NCBI GenBank assembly: GCA_023475105.1
Contig: JAMCWJ010000094.1
Location: 20,724 to 84,723, forward strand
DNA length: 64,000 nt
Source of the DNA: Nitrospirota bacterium
GTDB lineage: Bacteria; Nitrospirota; Thermodesulfovibrionia; Thermodesulfovibrionales; UBA9159
Direction of reading: 5' to 3'
Part shown: positions 37,177 through 47,091 of the stretch, piece after piece
Position numbering within the stretch: position 1 is the first letter of the stretch
Layout: each line of letters begins with the position of its first letter
Notes under the pieces: model-generated
Databases searched by the model: none
Seen by the model: the letters and a program-made list of their open reading frames with translations, nothing else
Told to the model about the DNA's origin: nothing
Program-made: the position numbers and the translations under genes

Positions 37177-39612
37177 ATGAACCGATTTATTTGTATCCAT
37201 GGGCATTTTTATCAACCTCCCAGGGAAAGCCCGTGGCTGGAGGCAATTGAGATCCAGGATTCTGCATTCCCGTACCACGATTGGAACGAGCGGGTTTCTT
37301 CTGAATGTTACGCTGCAAACGCAGTGTCGAGAATCTGGGACACGGAAGGACGAATCGTCCAGCTGGTGAACAATTATGTTAACATAAGCTTCAACTTTGG
37401 TCCAACTGTCTTGCTCTGGATGCAGAAGTATGCCACCGAAGCCTATGAGGCAATTCTGGAGGCTGACAGGCGGAGTGTAGAGAAATTCTCAGGTCACGGC
37501 TCTGCGATGGCCCAAGCTTACAATCACATGATCCTGCCGCTGGCCAACAGCCGCGACAAGAAGACCCAGATTATCTGGGGAATAAAGGATTTTGAGTATC
37601 GCTTTGGACGCAAGCCGGAAGGGTTGTGGCTCCCCGAGACGGCGGTAGATCTCGAAACCCTGGACATAATGGCACAACAGGAAATCGGATTTGCCATACT
37701 TTCCCCCAGTCAGGCACGGAGGGTCAGGTCCGTTGGCGGTGATAAATGGCAAGATGTGAGCGGTGGAAGAATCGATCCCGGCATGCCTTACAGGGTATCG
37801 CTGCCCTCAGGCAGCGTCATGAACCTGTTCTTTTACGACGGCTCCATTTCACATGCTCTGGCATTTGAAGGATTACTCAACAGCGGAGAGGCATTCGCCA
37901 AGAGGCTATTGTCCGCGTTCCCCGACGGCTCTTCCTCTCCCCGCCTCGTCCACATCGCAACGGATGGCGAAAGCTATGGCCATCACCATCGCGGCGGCGA
38001 CATGGCCCTCGCTCACGCGCTCCATTACATTGAGTCCAACGGACTTGCGCAGTTGACGAATTATGGCGGCTATCTGGCGGACCATCCACCGACGCACGAA
38101 GTGGAAATCTTTGAGAACAGCTCGTGGAGCTGCGCTCACGGAATAGAGCGTTGGCGGTCGGATTGCGGGTGTAACAGCGGCGGGCACCCGGGTTGGAACC
38201 AGACCTGGCGGGCCCCCTTGCGTGCGGCGCTGGACTGGCTGCGAGATGCCGTTACCCCGGCTTATGAACAATTGGCTGAACGGTTGCTGTCCGATCCGCG
38301 GGCGGCCCGGGACGACTACATCGACATCATCGTGGATCGAGCACCCGAGCGCATCAGTGCGTTTTTAAGTCGCCACGCGACCCGTCCCTTAAACTCCGAG
38401 GACGAGATCACGGTCCTGAATCTCATGGAGCTCCAACGTCACTTAATGCTCATGTACACAAGTTGTGGTTGGTTTTTTGACGAGCTTTCCGGGATTGAGA
38501 CGGTTCAGGACATAAAATATGCCGGCAGAGTTCTGCAGTTGGCCGACCAGCTTTTTAGCGAACCGCTCGAACCTGCCTTTCTCGATCATCTTGAACTGGC
38601 CAAGAGCAACATGCCTGAACACCGTGACGGTCGCACCATATATGAGAAATTGGTCAGGCCTGTCATGCTCGATATGAAAGACGTGGGCGCCCACTATGCC
38701 TTAAGCTCACTGTTCCAGGACATCGGCGAACGCAGCTCGATCTACGCGTATTCCGCCACCCGGGAGGACTATCGCAGTTTTCAGGTCGGAGGCTCAAAGC
38801 TGGTAATCGGGCGGGCCACGGTCACTTCAGAGATTACGCGCATATCCTCCAGCTTATGCTTTGGCGTTCTACATCTTGGTGATCACAGTATCGCCTGCGG
38901 CACCGGCGAATATCAGGGCGCGCAAAAATATGAAGCGCTGGCCAAAGAGATTTCCGCGGCTTTCGCCGGAGCTGACTTCCCGAAGACCATACTTCTGTTG
39001 GGTAAATACTTCGGGACGTCCACGTACTCTCTGACCTCGTTGTTTGCCGATGAGCGGCGAAAAGTCCTGGACATCATCATGGGGCCGACCCTGAGAGAGG
39101 CTGAAGCCGCATATAGCTCGATTTACGAACACCATGCTCCACTGATTCGCTTTCTGACCGGGACTGGCACGCCACGGCCAATAGTCCTGTCTGTCGCAGC
39201 GGACTTGTGCTTGAATGCCAAGCTTCGCAGGGTACTTCAAGGGGATGGACTTGATTCCCAGGTAGTGAGACCTCTTCTGGAAGAAGCTCGTTTGGCCGGC
39301 GCAATCCTGGATGAGGCCGCTCTAGGAATGTTGCTGAAAATCAACATTGAGCGTCTCGCCCGGCAAGCCCTCGAGCAATGTGAGGACCTTTCTTGCATGG
39401 AGAGATTGAATAAAGCTGCAAAACTAGTCCGGACATTGCCGTTCGAGATTAATCTGTGGCAAATCCAGAACATCTGCTACAAAATCCTTCACACAAAATG
39501 GGCCGACTTCAAGAAGAAAGCCGGACTGGGTGACAAAAAAGCTCAAGAATGGATTCGCAATTGCACGGAAGTATCCGAGAATTTCAAGCTGCAGGTGCCC
39601 CAGGCCGAGTAA
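37177..39612 (+). CDS. Glycoside hydrolase family 57 with DUF3536 domain
   Basis: IHGHFYQPPRE, SFNFGPT, YNHMILPLA, WLPETAVD, ATDGESYGHH, MYTSCGWFFDE. Confidence 0.93.
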   Translation: MNRFICIHGHFYQPPRESPWLEAIEIQDSAFPYHDWNERVSSECYAANAVSRIWDTEGRIVQLVNNYVNISFNFGPTVLLWMQKYATEAYEAILEADRRSVEKFSGHGSAMAQAYNHMILPLANSRDKKTQIIWGIKDFEYRFGRKPEGLWLPETAVDLETLDIMAQQEIGFAILSPSQARRVRSVGGDKWQDVSGGRIDPGMPYRVSLPSGSVMNLFFYDGSISHALAFEGLLNSGEAFAKRLLSAFPDGSSSPRLVHIATDGESYGHHHRGGDMALAHALHYIESNGLAQLTNYGGYLADHPPTHEVEIFENSSWSCAHGIERWRSDCGCNSGGHPGWNQTWRAPLRAALDWLRDAVTPAYEQLAERLLSDPRAARDDYIDIIVDRAPERISAFLSRHATRPLNSEDEITVLNLMELQRHLMLMYTSCGWFFDELSGIETVQDIKYAGRVLQLADQLFSEPLEPAFLDHLELAKSNMPEHRDGRTIYEKLVRPVMLDMKDVGAHYALSSLFQDIGERSSIYAYSATREDYRSFQVGGSKLVIGRATVTSEITRISSSLCFGVLHLGDHSIACGTGEYQGAQKYEALAKEISAAFAGADFPKTILLLGKYFGTSTYSLTSLFADERRKVLDIIMGPTLREAEAAYSSIYEHHAPLIRFLTGTGTPRPIVLSVAADLCLNAKLRRVLQGDGLDSQVVRPLLEEARLAGAILDEAALGMLLKINIERLARQALEQCEDLSCMERLNKAAKLVRTLPFEINLWQIQNICYKILHTKWADFKKKAGLGDKKAQEWIRNCTEVSENFKLQVPQAE

Positions 39613-39708
39613 ATTGCAGACCTGCGATTTGATGAGCGTCCGCCGCAGAGGGCGCAGAGGTAAATAAATAAGGCTACATGATTCTCCCGCGCTCGTTTTG
39701 TCCCCTGT

Positions 39709-42700
39709 TCATATGGTTTCATTTTTGAACCCGCAATCCATTGTTCCTTCGAGCATTGCCACCGGGAAACAGGAGAAGACATCGGCCAGGGCCAACACCC
39801 TTTTTTCAGCGCGGCGAATCACTTTCACCTCTTCTCCGGTCAGAACATTCTTAAAGCTGCTGCCTGAGATTTCATCCGGCAACAGAACTCCGGTCTTTCC
39901 CCACACCTTTTCTCCAAACGGAGCTTCAACAGTAAAATGCGAGACTTGAGTCATAAATCTCGGAACAATAACAAGGACAGCCTTATTGTCTTTCCGTCGC
40001 GCAAATCCGCAGACCTGATCTTTTAATTCTCCCTCTGCCGTGAGCGGCATATAGGCTCCTTCCATGAAGAGCATATGGTTATCTCCCCGATATGTCAGTG
40101 CCTTCGATGTGACATAAAGTTTTACGGACCCGTCTTCCCATTTTTCGATGAGTGCTTTCAATGCTACTTTTAAATCCGGTCCGTACTTTGTCATATTCTC
40201 TTTGAGAGATGTAAGCATCGTTCTTCTGCGGTTGAAATCGACAGGCCTCCGATTATCCGGATCACAAAGACTGAAATCCCATATCTCGGTCCCCTGATAG
40301 AAATCTGGAACACCAGGACAAGTTATTTTTAGCAATGTCTGCGATAGCGAATTCAGCATGCCGAAATAGGAAATCGTCTTTTGGAAGGGTTCGAACTCCT
40401 CAAGAAACTTGTTGTCGGCGCTAATCGCCAAAATAGCATCGATAAAAGACATCACGGAGTCTTCATAGTCCGCGTGAGGATTTATCCAACTCGTATTTAC
40501 TTTAGCCTCCCTTAGCGCCTTTATGATATATTCCTTGATCCTCTTTTTGAAGGCATTGTATTCGGTCTCATCGAGACGGCCAAGCGGCCAGGCGCCCATG
40601 AGTGTCTGGTAGAGAAGGCACTCTTCATTGCGGTCCGGTACATTCTGTCCCTCAATGGCAGTTTTTTTCATCTTATTGAGGTAACTCCATCTCGCGAGAC
40701 ATCCTCTCCATTTGTCAGGAATCTCTGAGAGGACATTTATCCTTGCCCTTACATCTTCGCTCCGTTTTGTGTCATGGGTGGAAGTGGTGATAAGAGCGTG
40801 CGGCCAGAACTTGAGCCTGTCCAGATTCTGTCCATGAAATGCCTCCAGAGTCAGACCGAACCTGTCGGGACTTCCGCCGACCTCATTGAGCGATACGAGG
40901 CGGTTATACACGTAAAAAGCCGTGTCTTCAACCCCTTTTGCCATGACAGGCGCTGTAAGCTGCTGGAACTTCATCGTGAAATCGAACCACTCTTTTTTGT
41001 CTTCTTCGCTAAAGCCTTCAGGGAATTTGAGCGAAAGGACATCTCCGAGAAAATCGAATATGAATGCGTTGATAGCGGGATTTTTTCTTTTAGCCTTAGA
41101 AACCGCAGCCTCTATGTACTGACGGTCTCTGTCTTTAATGGTCGATGAATTTATATAAGTCCGGTAGACCGGGAAAAAGGCGATGACTTCGGTTATCGCT
41201 CTGGTAAGGCTGTTCAGTGTCAAATCCCGGGTATGCCTGTTCTTTTCAGAGATATTGTTCAGGTAATTTCCGAGGGTGTTTATCTCGCCTGACATGGCTA
41301 CTTGCATCACAAGCTTCTTCGTTTCATACACCACGTCGGAAAAATGATTTTTGGTCCCCGAGAACTTTGCATAGAGGTTATCGAACATCTTTGCTTTTTT
41401 CGTGTCTATGAAGATTCCGTTTAGAGAATTCAAAAAATCATAACCCGTCGTTCCGAAAATGGGCCAGTCCTCAGGCATTTTTTCGCCCTTTGTGAGGATT
41501 TTTTCTCCGACTATATAGAAGGGTTTGTACTGCGGGTCTAATGACAATAGCCTCTCATATCGCCTCAACACTTCCGGGACCACGTCAGACTGTTCATGAT
41601 CATCATCTCCCGGGGCTTTCGTGGAGACGAGTCGGCTGAAACATTCACGCTGGAGTTTTTCAAAATATTGTGAAGGGTTGTACAGGCCGTCCGGGTGGTC
41701 GACCCTCAATCCTGAGACCCTCTTTTTTTCAACAAGCCTGAATATCAGTTTGTGGGTTTCCTCGAAGACGGCCGGGTCTTCGGTCCGCACCGCGGCGAGG
41801 TTATTTATGTCAAAAAACCTGCGGTAATTAATCTCTTCATTTGCGACACGCCAGTGTGAGAGTCTCCATACCTGTTCGGTGAGAAGAGCGTCCAGAGGGT
41901 TGAAGCTCCTCGGGTCGCCCTTCTTGCCGTTAAATATATCCACATTGTCGTCAATCAACTTCCTTATTTCGGGGCTCTCAAGGTACAGGGTTAAAAGACG
42001 CTTTTTGATGATTTCTTTTTCGCGGTATCGTTCGCCGATTCTTTCCACATCTTTCTCTGCAGCCGGAGGCAGATGCTTCAGCGCGGTGACTATGCTCAAG
42101 AGTTCGGTGAGATGAGGGTTATCATTAGCGACAAGATTCCGGAGGTCCTCCGTGCGGTGATGGAGCAAAAGGACATAGGTTTCCGGCAGTAACGGAAACT
42201 TTATGTCCTGATAGTAGATGAAGAAAGCACCCTCCTCAAAGCGTAACTTCAGTTCCTGACTTTCGAGTACCTTGCCGTATTGGTCTCCAAGAACGGGGAT
42301 GTGCAGTTTGCCTGAGAGCTTCTTAATGGCCGGATTCCAGTCGATGTCGAAGAAGTCAGCATAGGGAGAACTTCGGCCGTTTTCGAGGACATCCATCCAC
42401 CAGGGGTTTTCACTTTCGCAACTCATGTGGTTCGGAACGATATCGAGGATCTGTCCCATTCCGTATTTCCCCAGCTCTTGTATGAAGATATCATATTCTT
42501 CTTCTGTTCCCACTTCCGAGTTCAATGCAGAGGGGTCAACGATATCATATCCGTGAAGGCTTCCCTTTCGTGCCTTGAAGTAGGGAGATGCGTAGACATC
42601 GCTAATGCCGAGATCGTGGAGATAGGAGACTATCCCCCGTGCATCATTGAATCCGAAGGTGTGATTGAACTGAAGCCTGTAAGTCGCAACAGGTATCCTG

Positions 42701-42726
42701 GGAAAGGACTTGTCTATATCCTCCAT
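39709..42726 (-). CDS. treY: Malto-oligosyltrehalose synthase
   Basis: PVATYRLQF, DIVPNHM, NYRRFFD, LRVDHPDGL, MAKGVEDTAFY, HDTKRSED, PGVPDFYQG. Confidence 0.95.
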   Translation of the reverse strand: MEDIDKSFPRIPVATYRLQFNHTFGFNDARGIVSYLHDLGISDVYASPYFKARKGSLHGYDIVDPSALNSEVGTEEEYDIFIQELGKYGMGQILDIVPNHMSCESENPWWMDVLENGRSSPYADFFDIDWNPAIKKLSGKLHIPVLGDQYGKVLESQELKLRFEEGAFFIYYQDIKFPLLPETYVLLLHHRTEDLRNLVANDNPHLTELLSIVTALKHLPPAAEKDVERIGERYREKEIIKKRLLTLYLESPEIRKLIDDNVDIFNGKKGDPRSFNPLDALLTEQVWRLSHWRVANEEINYRRFFDINNLAAVRTEDPAVFEETHKLIFRLVEKKRVSGLRVDHPDGLYNPSQYFEKLQRECFSRLVSTKAPGDDDHEQSDVVPEVLRRYERLLSLDPQYKPFYIVGEKILTKGEKMPEDWPIFGTTGYDFLNSLNGIFIDTKKAKMFDNLYAKFSGTKNHFSDVVYETKKLVMQVAMSGEINTLGNYLNNISEKNRHTRDLTLNSLTRAITEVIAFFPVYRTYINSSTIKDRDRQYIEAAVSKAKRKNPAINAFIFDFLGDVLSLKFPEGFSEEDKKEWFDFTMKFQQLTAPVMAKGVEDTAFYVYNRLVSLNEVGGSPDRFGLTLEAFHGQNLDRLKFWPHALITTSTHDTKRSEDVRARINVLSEIPDKWRGCLARWSYLNKMKKTAIEGQNVPDRNEECLLYQTLMGAWPLGRLDETEYNAFKKRIKEYIIKALREAKVNTSWINPHADYEDSVMSFIDAILAISADNKFLEEFEPFQKTISYFGMLNSLSQTLLKITCPGVPDFYQGTEIWDFSLCDPDNRRPVDFNRRRTMLTSLKENMTKYGPDLKVALKALIEKWEDGSVKLYVTSKALTYRGDNHMLFMEGAYMPLTAEGELKDQVCGFARRKDNKAVLVIVPRFMTQVSHFTVEAPFGEKVWGKTGVLLPDEISGSSFKNVLTGEEVKVIRRAEKRVLALADVFSCFPVAMLEGTMDCGFKNETI

Positions 42727-42747
42727 GCTACCCTTCCGGCAATATGG

Positions 42748-42829
42748 CCGATAGATTGTTGATGCTTACACGGTGCTTAAATTCGAAGGAGGCGATTGTT
42801 TCTTCATTCCTCTATCACTCTCCTTTTTT
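42748..42829 (-). pseudogene. Second, decayed copy of the DUF5752-like 5' leader upstream of treY
   Basis: AAAAAAGGAGAGTGATAGAGGAATGAAGAAAC...TTCGAATTTAAGCACCGTGTAAGCAT aligns by eye with 36890-36970 on the + strand. Confidence 0.6.
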
Positions 42830-42905
42830 CAAATCTTATCATGTCTTGATTATTGCGACAATCTCATAAATATCCCTTCTCAGTCGCAGAGGCGCGACTT
42901 CTTTT

Positions 42906-43802
42906 TCATATCCTAAAACCTGACAGTTTCTCCCCAGTCAATTCGTCTGTCTTGCGCTCAAGTTCCGCGATAACCTGAGCACCCAACAAAAGGATTAATG
43001 CTACAGCTTCTACACTGAGAAGGGCAACCACTGCCGTGGCGATGGAACCATAAATTAAATTTACCATAGATAAGACCGCGTAATACCAGACCAGCACACG
43101 GCGGGTGATCTCCCATAAAATTGTTGCGGTCAGCCCTCCGATTAGTGCGTGACGAAAGGTGATACGTACGACGGGCATCACCAAATATATGGAGGTGAAC
43201 ATAAGCACCTCACCAAGTATCCCCAGTATATACAGCGCGGCCCTGGAAGCTCCTTCAAGACTCAAACTCCATCCGAACAGTAGCAATTGCCTTTTTTCAA
43301 GTATCTCTAATGCACTTGCAATAAACGACACCAACACTATACCCAGACCCATTAACAGGATATACACATAAGGAATAATTGCAGAAATGAGAAAGTTGCG
43401 GCGCTGAATCCTGACGCGTTGAAAAAAGATTACTGACATCGCGTTTTCAAGCATCGAAAAGGCTATGGAGCTGAAAAACAACATGACAAGGAAGCCGATA
43501 ATACCAATCGCCTTGCGATGTTCGAGAAATACCCGCACTTGTTCAGTCAAAGTTGCTGCATAGCCGGGTATCAGCAGTTCTATATACATTGATAAGGTCT
43601 GAAACAACTGTTCCTGTCCTATAAAATGCGACAACGCGATGAGGGCGAGGATTGACATGGGTACAATTGACAACAGGGTATGATAGGCAACAGCGCTGGA
43701 TAACAGCAGACCCTGATTGCGTTTGAAACCACACAATACCCTCAGCAGGAAGCTGAAGAGCCGACCCGGTCTCCAATTTGCTTTTTGTTGTCTGTTCATC
43801 AT
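42906..43802 (-). CDS. YihY/virulence factor BrkB family membrane protein
   Basis: AVAYHTLLSIVP, LENAMSVIF, ALIGG...LWE, IYGS, LLLGAQ. Confidence 0.88.
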   Translation of the reverse strand: MMNRQQKANWRPGRLFSFLLRVLCGFKRNQGLLLSSAVAYHTLLSIVPMSILALIALSHFIGQEQLFQTLSMYIELLIPGYAATLTEQVRVFLEHRKAIGIIGFLVMLFFSSIAFSMLENAMSVIFFQRVRIQRRNFLISAIIPYVYILLMGLGIVLVSFIASALEILEKRQLLLFGWSLSLEGASRAALYILGILGEVLMFTSIYLVMPVVRITFRHALIGGLTATILWEITRRVLVWYYAVLSMVNLIYGSIATAVVALLSVEAVALILLLGAQVIAELERKTDELTGEKLSGFRI

Positions 43803-44388
43803 GGAATAGGAAATTACACAAATACAAAAAGTAATTTTACTTTCTACAATCATCCTATCACGGCTTAGGGGGAAAGAGAACAGTCTGTATTCAGGGTTCT
43901 CAGACCCGGGAAGTAGTGAGTCCTCCTGCCTTATCTCTCTTGATTCTTATACCATATCTATTGGTAGGCGGTGTAGGCTTTAACCTTAGCTAAGTTTCCC
44001 ATGGAAAGTCTCTCATAAAAAATGCTGACTTCAACATGAAACGTTACCGCTGAGGCCAAGGCCTTCTCCGCTGAGTTTGGGGAGTACGCGGAATCAATAG
44101 GAGAAACCCGATTTTGAGGAGTAGGAGTAGTCAACATTCTTCAATGCACCTCTTTCAACCCGAAGCCGCGAGTCGTTTGCCAATTTTAGAAATGCGGAGT
44201 AGTGGTTGAAAGTGAGATCTTGGTGTCAGGCCAGGTAGCGTGACTTTCTGGATGAAATATAAAAGCGCATTCCTGATAGAAGTGTTACTGCCGGAAGGAT
44301 GTAAGATAGCACGGCATGAAATCGGAGCAGCCTCACACGCTTATCAATATTTGGAACGATGCCCACTTGAGCCATAGCCTGAACAGAC

Positions 44389-44904
44389 CTATTTCGCAGA
44401 AGGAGACCAAACAGTAATGCTCGGCACGGCCGCAAAATCAGAGTCCTCTGTGGCTATATGATTGATGGATTTTCTGAACATGACAGCAAGATGCGCGGCA
44501 TCGGCAGTTACAAGCCCATTTTCTTTTGCAAGATGTGCCGCCTGTTTCATGTCGCTGCCCTTCAGGTCTATGACACTCATGCCTGCTTCCTGCAGCTTAC
44601 CAATGTAATCAATATATTCAATGAGAGGAGATAACACCTTTCCCCTGTTCTTGGGGTTTTCGAGAAATTTCTTGACGTACCGGACAGTCACCCTCTCAAG
44701 ATAATTAGAGGCGGACTGCATCATTATCTTGTACGATACTTCTTCCAGCACAAGGGCGGAGGTATATGCCTTGACACTTGAGAGCTCTATCCGGTTGAGA
44801 AATTCAACCGATACCGGGTTTGTATCAAAGGCATGATGCAGAAAAATCGTTGCGTCTATGAAAACGGGAGTGTTGCCTTCGAAGTCTCTAAGATCTTTCC
44901 GCAT
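44389..44904 (-). CDS. vapC: PIN-domain toxin (VapC family)
   Basis: VFIDATIF, VLEEV, DAAHLA, IATEDSDF; overlaps the antitoxin gene. Confidence 0.88.
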   Translation of the reverse strand: MRKDLRDFEGNTPVFIDATIFLHHAFDTNPVSVEFLNRIELSSVKAYTSALVLEEVSYKIMMQSASNYLERVTVRYVKKFLENPKNRGKVLSPLIEYIDYIGKLQEAGMSVIDLKGSDMKQAAHLAKENGLVTADAAHLAVMFRKSINHIATEDSDFAAVPSITVWSPSAK

Positions 44905-45109
44905 AAAGATCTTCCAATTCCTTCATCGAAAGTTTGCCCTTGACTATCCCTCTGACCTTCTCAGTATAGGTTTTCTTGATCGGTACAACCACGATGCCTT
45001 TCGGCGTCATCTGCACATCCACTTTATCGCCTGTGCGGATATTCGCCTTTTCCCTTATCTCTTTGGGTATTACAATCTGCCCCTTCGCAAGGACCTTCGC
45101 CATCGGCAT
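44888..45109 (-). CDS. AbrB/MazE/SpoVT-fold antitoxin
   Basis: KGQIVIPKEIREKANIRTGDKV; GGAGG RBS. Confidence 0.88.
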   Translation of the reverse strand: MPMAKVLAKGQIVIPKEIREKANIRTGDKVDVQMTPKGIVVVPIKKTYTEKVRGIVKGKLSMKELEDLYAERS

Positions 45110-45136
45110 ATGCTACCTCCACCGTTCAGTTTGTTT

Positions 45137-45153
45137 AACCTTAATTTAAGGTT
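45137..45153. promoter_or_regulatory. Palindromic operator upstream of the TA operon
   Basis: AACCTTAA-T-TTAAGGTT perfect palindrome between the promoter region and the RBS. Confidence 0.6.
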
Positions 45154-45374
45154 TAACTATATATTTAGTATTACCAGCGAGTGCGTCAATTGTCAATAAA
45201 GAGAGAATTTGGAAAGGCGCGCACTCGCGCCGTATGCGAATATTCTATTGAATATGTGGTCTGCATCTTCAAAATAAGTCCCCGTATTTCAATGATTTTT
45301 TCTCCACAGGGCTATCATAACAAAAAAGAAAGTTCCGACATTTTCACAACCTCATCGATTTTTTGAGGAAAGAG

Positions 45375-45423
45375 AAATAACCCTCTGAATCTCTTTTTGT
45401 CTTTTAGGTTCAGAGGGTTATTT
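45375..45423 (-). terminator. Hairpin immediately 3' of tRNA-Pro
   Basis: AAATAACCCTCTGAA...TTCAGAGGGTTATTT inverted repeat. Confidence 0.6.
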
Positions 45424-45499
45424 GGTCGGGGCGACCTGATTTGAACAGGCGACCACTCGCACCCCAAGCGAGTGCGCTACCAGGCTGCGCCACGCCCCG
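45423..45499 (-). tRNA. tRNA-Pro (GGG)
   Basis: CGGGGCGTGGCGCAGCCTGGTAGCGCACTCGCTTGGGGTGCGAGTGGTCGCCTGTTCAAATCAGGTCGCCCCGACCA; cloverleaf with encoded CCA. Confidence 0.97.
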
Positions 45500-45500
45500 A

Positions 45501-45881
45501 TTACCGTATCTGGCTCAGAATATCCCTGAGTCTCTTCTTGACCTTGTCGAGGACTTCCTTCGAGGGGAATTGCATGACAGGGGTTTGGGGTTGCGCTGCC
45601 GTAGCGGGTTCTCCGAGCCTCTTTCTCACACCTTCGATAGTGTAGCGTTCTTCGTACAGCAGCTTCTTTATCTGGAGAACCAGTTCGAGGTCTCTCTTTA
45701 CGTACACCCTTTGTCCCGACTTATTCTTTCTCGGCTTCAGGAAAGAAAATTCCGTCTCCCAGTATCTCAGCACATAGGGCTCGACATCGGCGATCTTGCT
45801 CACTTCGCCTATCTTGTAAAAGAGCTTGTCCGGGAAACTCCTCTTGGCGGCCGAGATGTTTTCTGCAGAAGACCTATGCAT
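45501..45881 (-). CDS. MerR family transcriptional regulator (ihfA-linked)
   Basis: YKIGEVS...YVLRYWETEF..LKP...GQRVY...YTIEGV; classic ihfA-merR-tRNA-Pro order. Confidence 0.92.
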   Translation of the reverse strand: MHRSSAENISAAKRSFPDKLFYKIGEVSKIADVEPYVLRYWETEFSFLKPRKNKSGQRVYVKRDLELVLQIKKLLYEERYTIEGVRKRLGEPATAAQPQTPVMQFPSKEVLDKVKKRLRDILSQIR

Positions 45882-46158
45882 CCGTCTTCTCTATCATGTC
45901 CTTGAAATGGTTACTCGCCCTGAAAGTGATCACCCTGCGCGGCGTTATCTGAAGCTCATCACCCGTCTTGGGATTCCGTCCGCGGCGCGCATTCTTCTTC
46001 TTGACGTTGAACGTGCCGAACCCCGATACCTTCACCGATTCTCCTTCGACAAGCGTCGCTTTGATCGTATCAAAGATCATCTCGATAATATTCTGCGACT
46101 CTATCTTTGACAGCCCTACCTTCCCGAATATGATATCAACAAGATCAGCTTTTGTCAT
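45874..46158 (-). CDS. ihfA: Integration host factor subunit alpha
   Basis: MTKADLV...VKVSGFGTF...RRGRNPKTG...RRVITFRAS. Confidence 0.9.
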   Translation of the reverse strand: MTKADLVDIIFGKVGLSKIESQNIIEMIFDTIKATLVEGESVKVSGFGTFNVKKKNARRGRNPKTGDELQITPRRVITFRASNHFKDMIEKTDA

Positions 46159-46216
46159 ATACACCTCTTCATGAATCTTCCGCTGAATGCCTGAGGCATT
46201 TACCCCGGTTTTCTTA

Positions 46217-46245
46217 ATTATATGTATGAAGTGGATGATTGTCAA
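46217..46245 (-). promoter_or_regulatory. Consensus sigma70 promoter of ihfA-merR-tRNA-Pro
   Basis: Minus strand perfect TTGACA-N17-TATAAT. Confidence 0.8.
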
Positions 46246-46299
46246 GTGAAATCAACGAGTTATTGACAGTACACTCTTTTTTCTGTTATGTTTAGGCTG

Positions 46300-47091
46300 A
46301 TGAAAAAGAATCTCCTTTTCCTTTTCCTCTTCCTTGCCGTGACTGCCCACGCCGGATACGCAGCTGGTTTTGACCTGAAGGGCCTGCAGCCCCTCGCTCC
46401 CTACGGCGTATTCTCCACCTTCGGTGCAGAAAGCCTGAAACAGGGGAGATTCGGCATCCAACTGGGATTCGAAAAATCGAGACAACCGGACTATTACCGC
46501 TTCACAAACCAGTTTGCCTACGGCATCACGGACAATATCGAATTCGATCTCACCTTGCCGTATGTTCTGAACGAGAACCGCTCCGGGGACGGCTTTGAAG
46601 ATCTCTCACTCGGAATAAAACACAGGTTTTTCGAAGAAGGAAAGTACGGACCTTCGATCGCCTATATCATAAGCGCGTCGCTCAATTCGGGAAAATCGGG
46701 ATTCAGCACGGAAGGGAGCATAGGCGGAGGGATTATTTTAACGAAACGGGTCGGACCGGTCACCGGCCATGTGAACGTGCTCTATTTCAGGCCGGGTACC
46801 GACAAATTTACGGACGACATCACCTTCGCTGCCGGCCTCGATTTTGCTGCCGCGCACAACTTCAAAATCCTCGCCGAACTGTATGCGAAAAAGAGCTATT
46901 CGGGCAAGGTGGACCGCCTCGAGGCACGCTTCGGCTACAGAATTCTCACGGCGGAGAACCTGTACACGACCCTCGGTGCGGGGTTCGATCTCAAGAACAG
47001 GAGTCCTGAATACCGCCTTCTGTTGTCTCTTACGTATCTCTTCCCGCCCGAAAAAAAGAAGATAAAGAAGATCTTCGAACAGGAGGAATAA
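46300..47091 (+). CDS. Putative outer-membrane beta-barrel ('transporter'-like) protein
   Basis: Signal peptide, [23 protein letters not shown], alternating amphipathic strands; stop overlaps the tat ATG. Confidence 0.65.
   Translation: MKKNLLFLFLFLAVTAHAGYAAGFDLKGLQPLAPYGVFSTFGAESLKQGRFGIQLGFEKSRQPDYYRFTNQFAYGITDNIEFDLTLPYVLNENRSGDGFEDLSLGIKHRFFEEGKYGPSIAYIISASLNSGKSGFSTEGSIGGGIILTKRVGPVTGHVNVLYFRPGTDKFTDDITFAAGLDFAAAHNFKILAELYAKKSYSGKVDRLEARFGYRILTAENLYTTLGAGFDLKNRSPEYRLLLSLTYLFPPEKKKIKKIFEQEE

Noticed and set aside
39641-39660. CCGCAGAGGGCGCAGAGG short tandem motif
   Set aside because: Too short and isolated to call a repeat element, and no associated ORF.
44152-44212. CRISPR array
   Set aside because: Only one inverted pair; no direct repeats with spacers and no cas genes.
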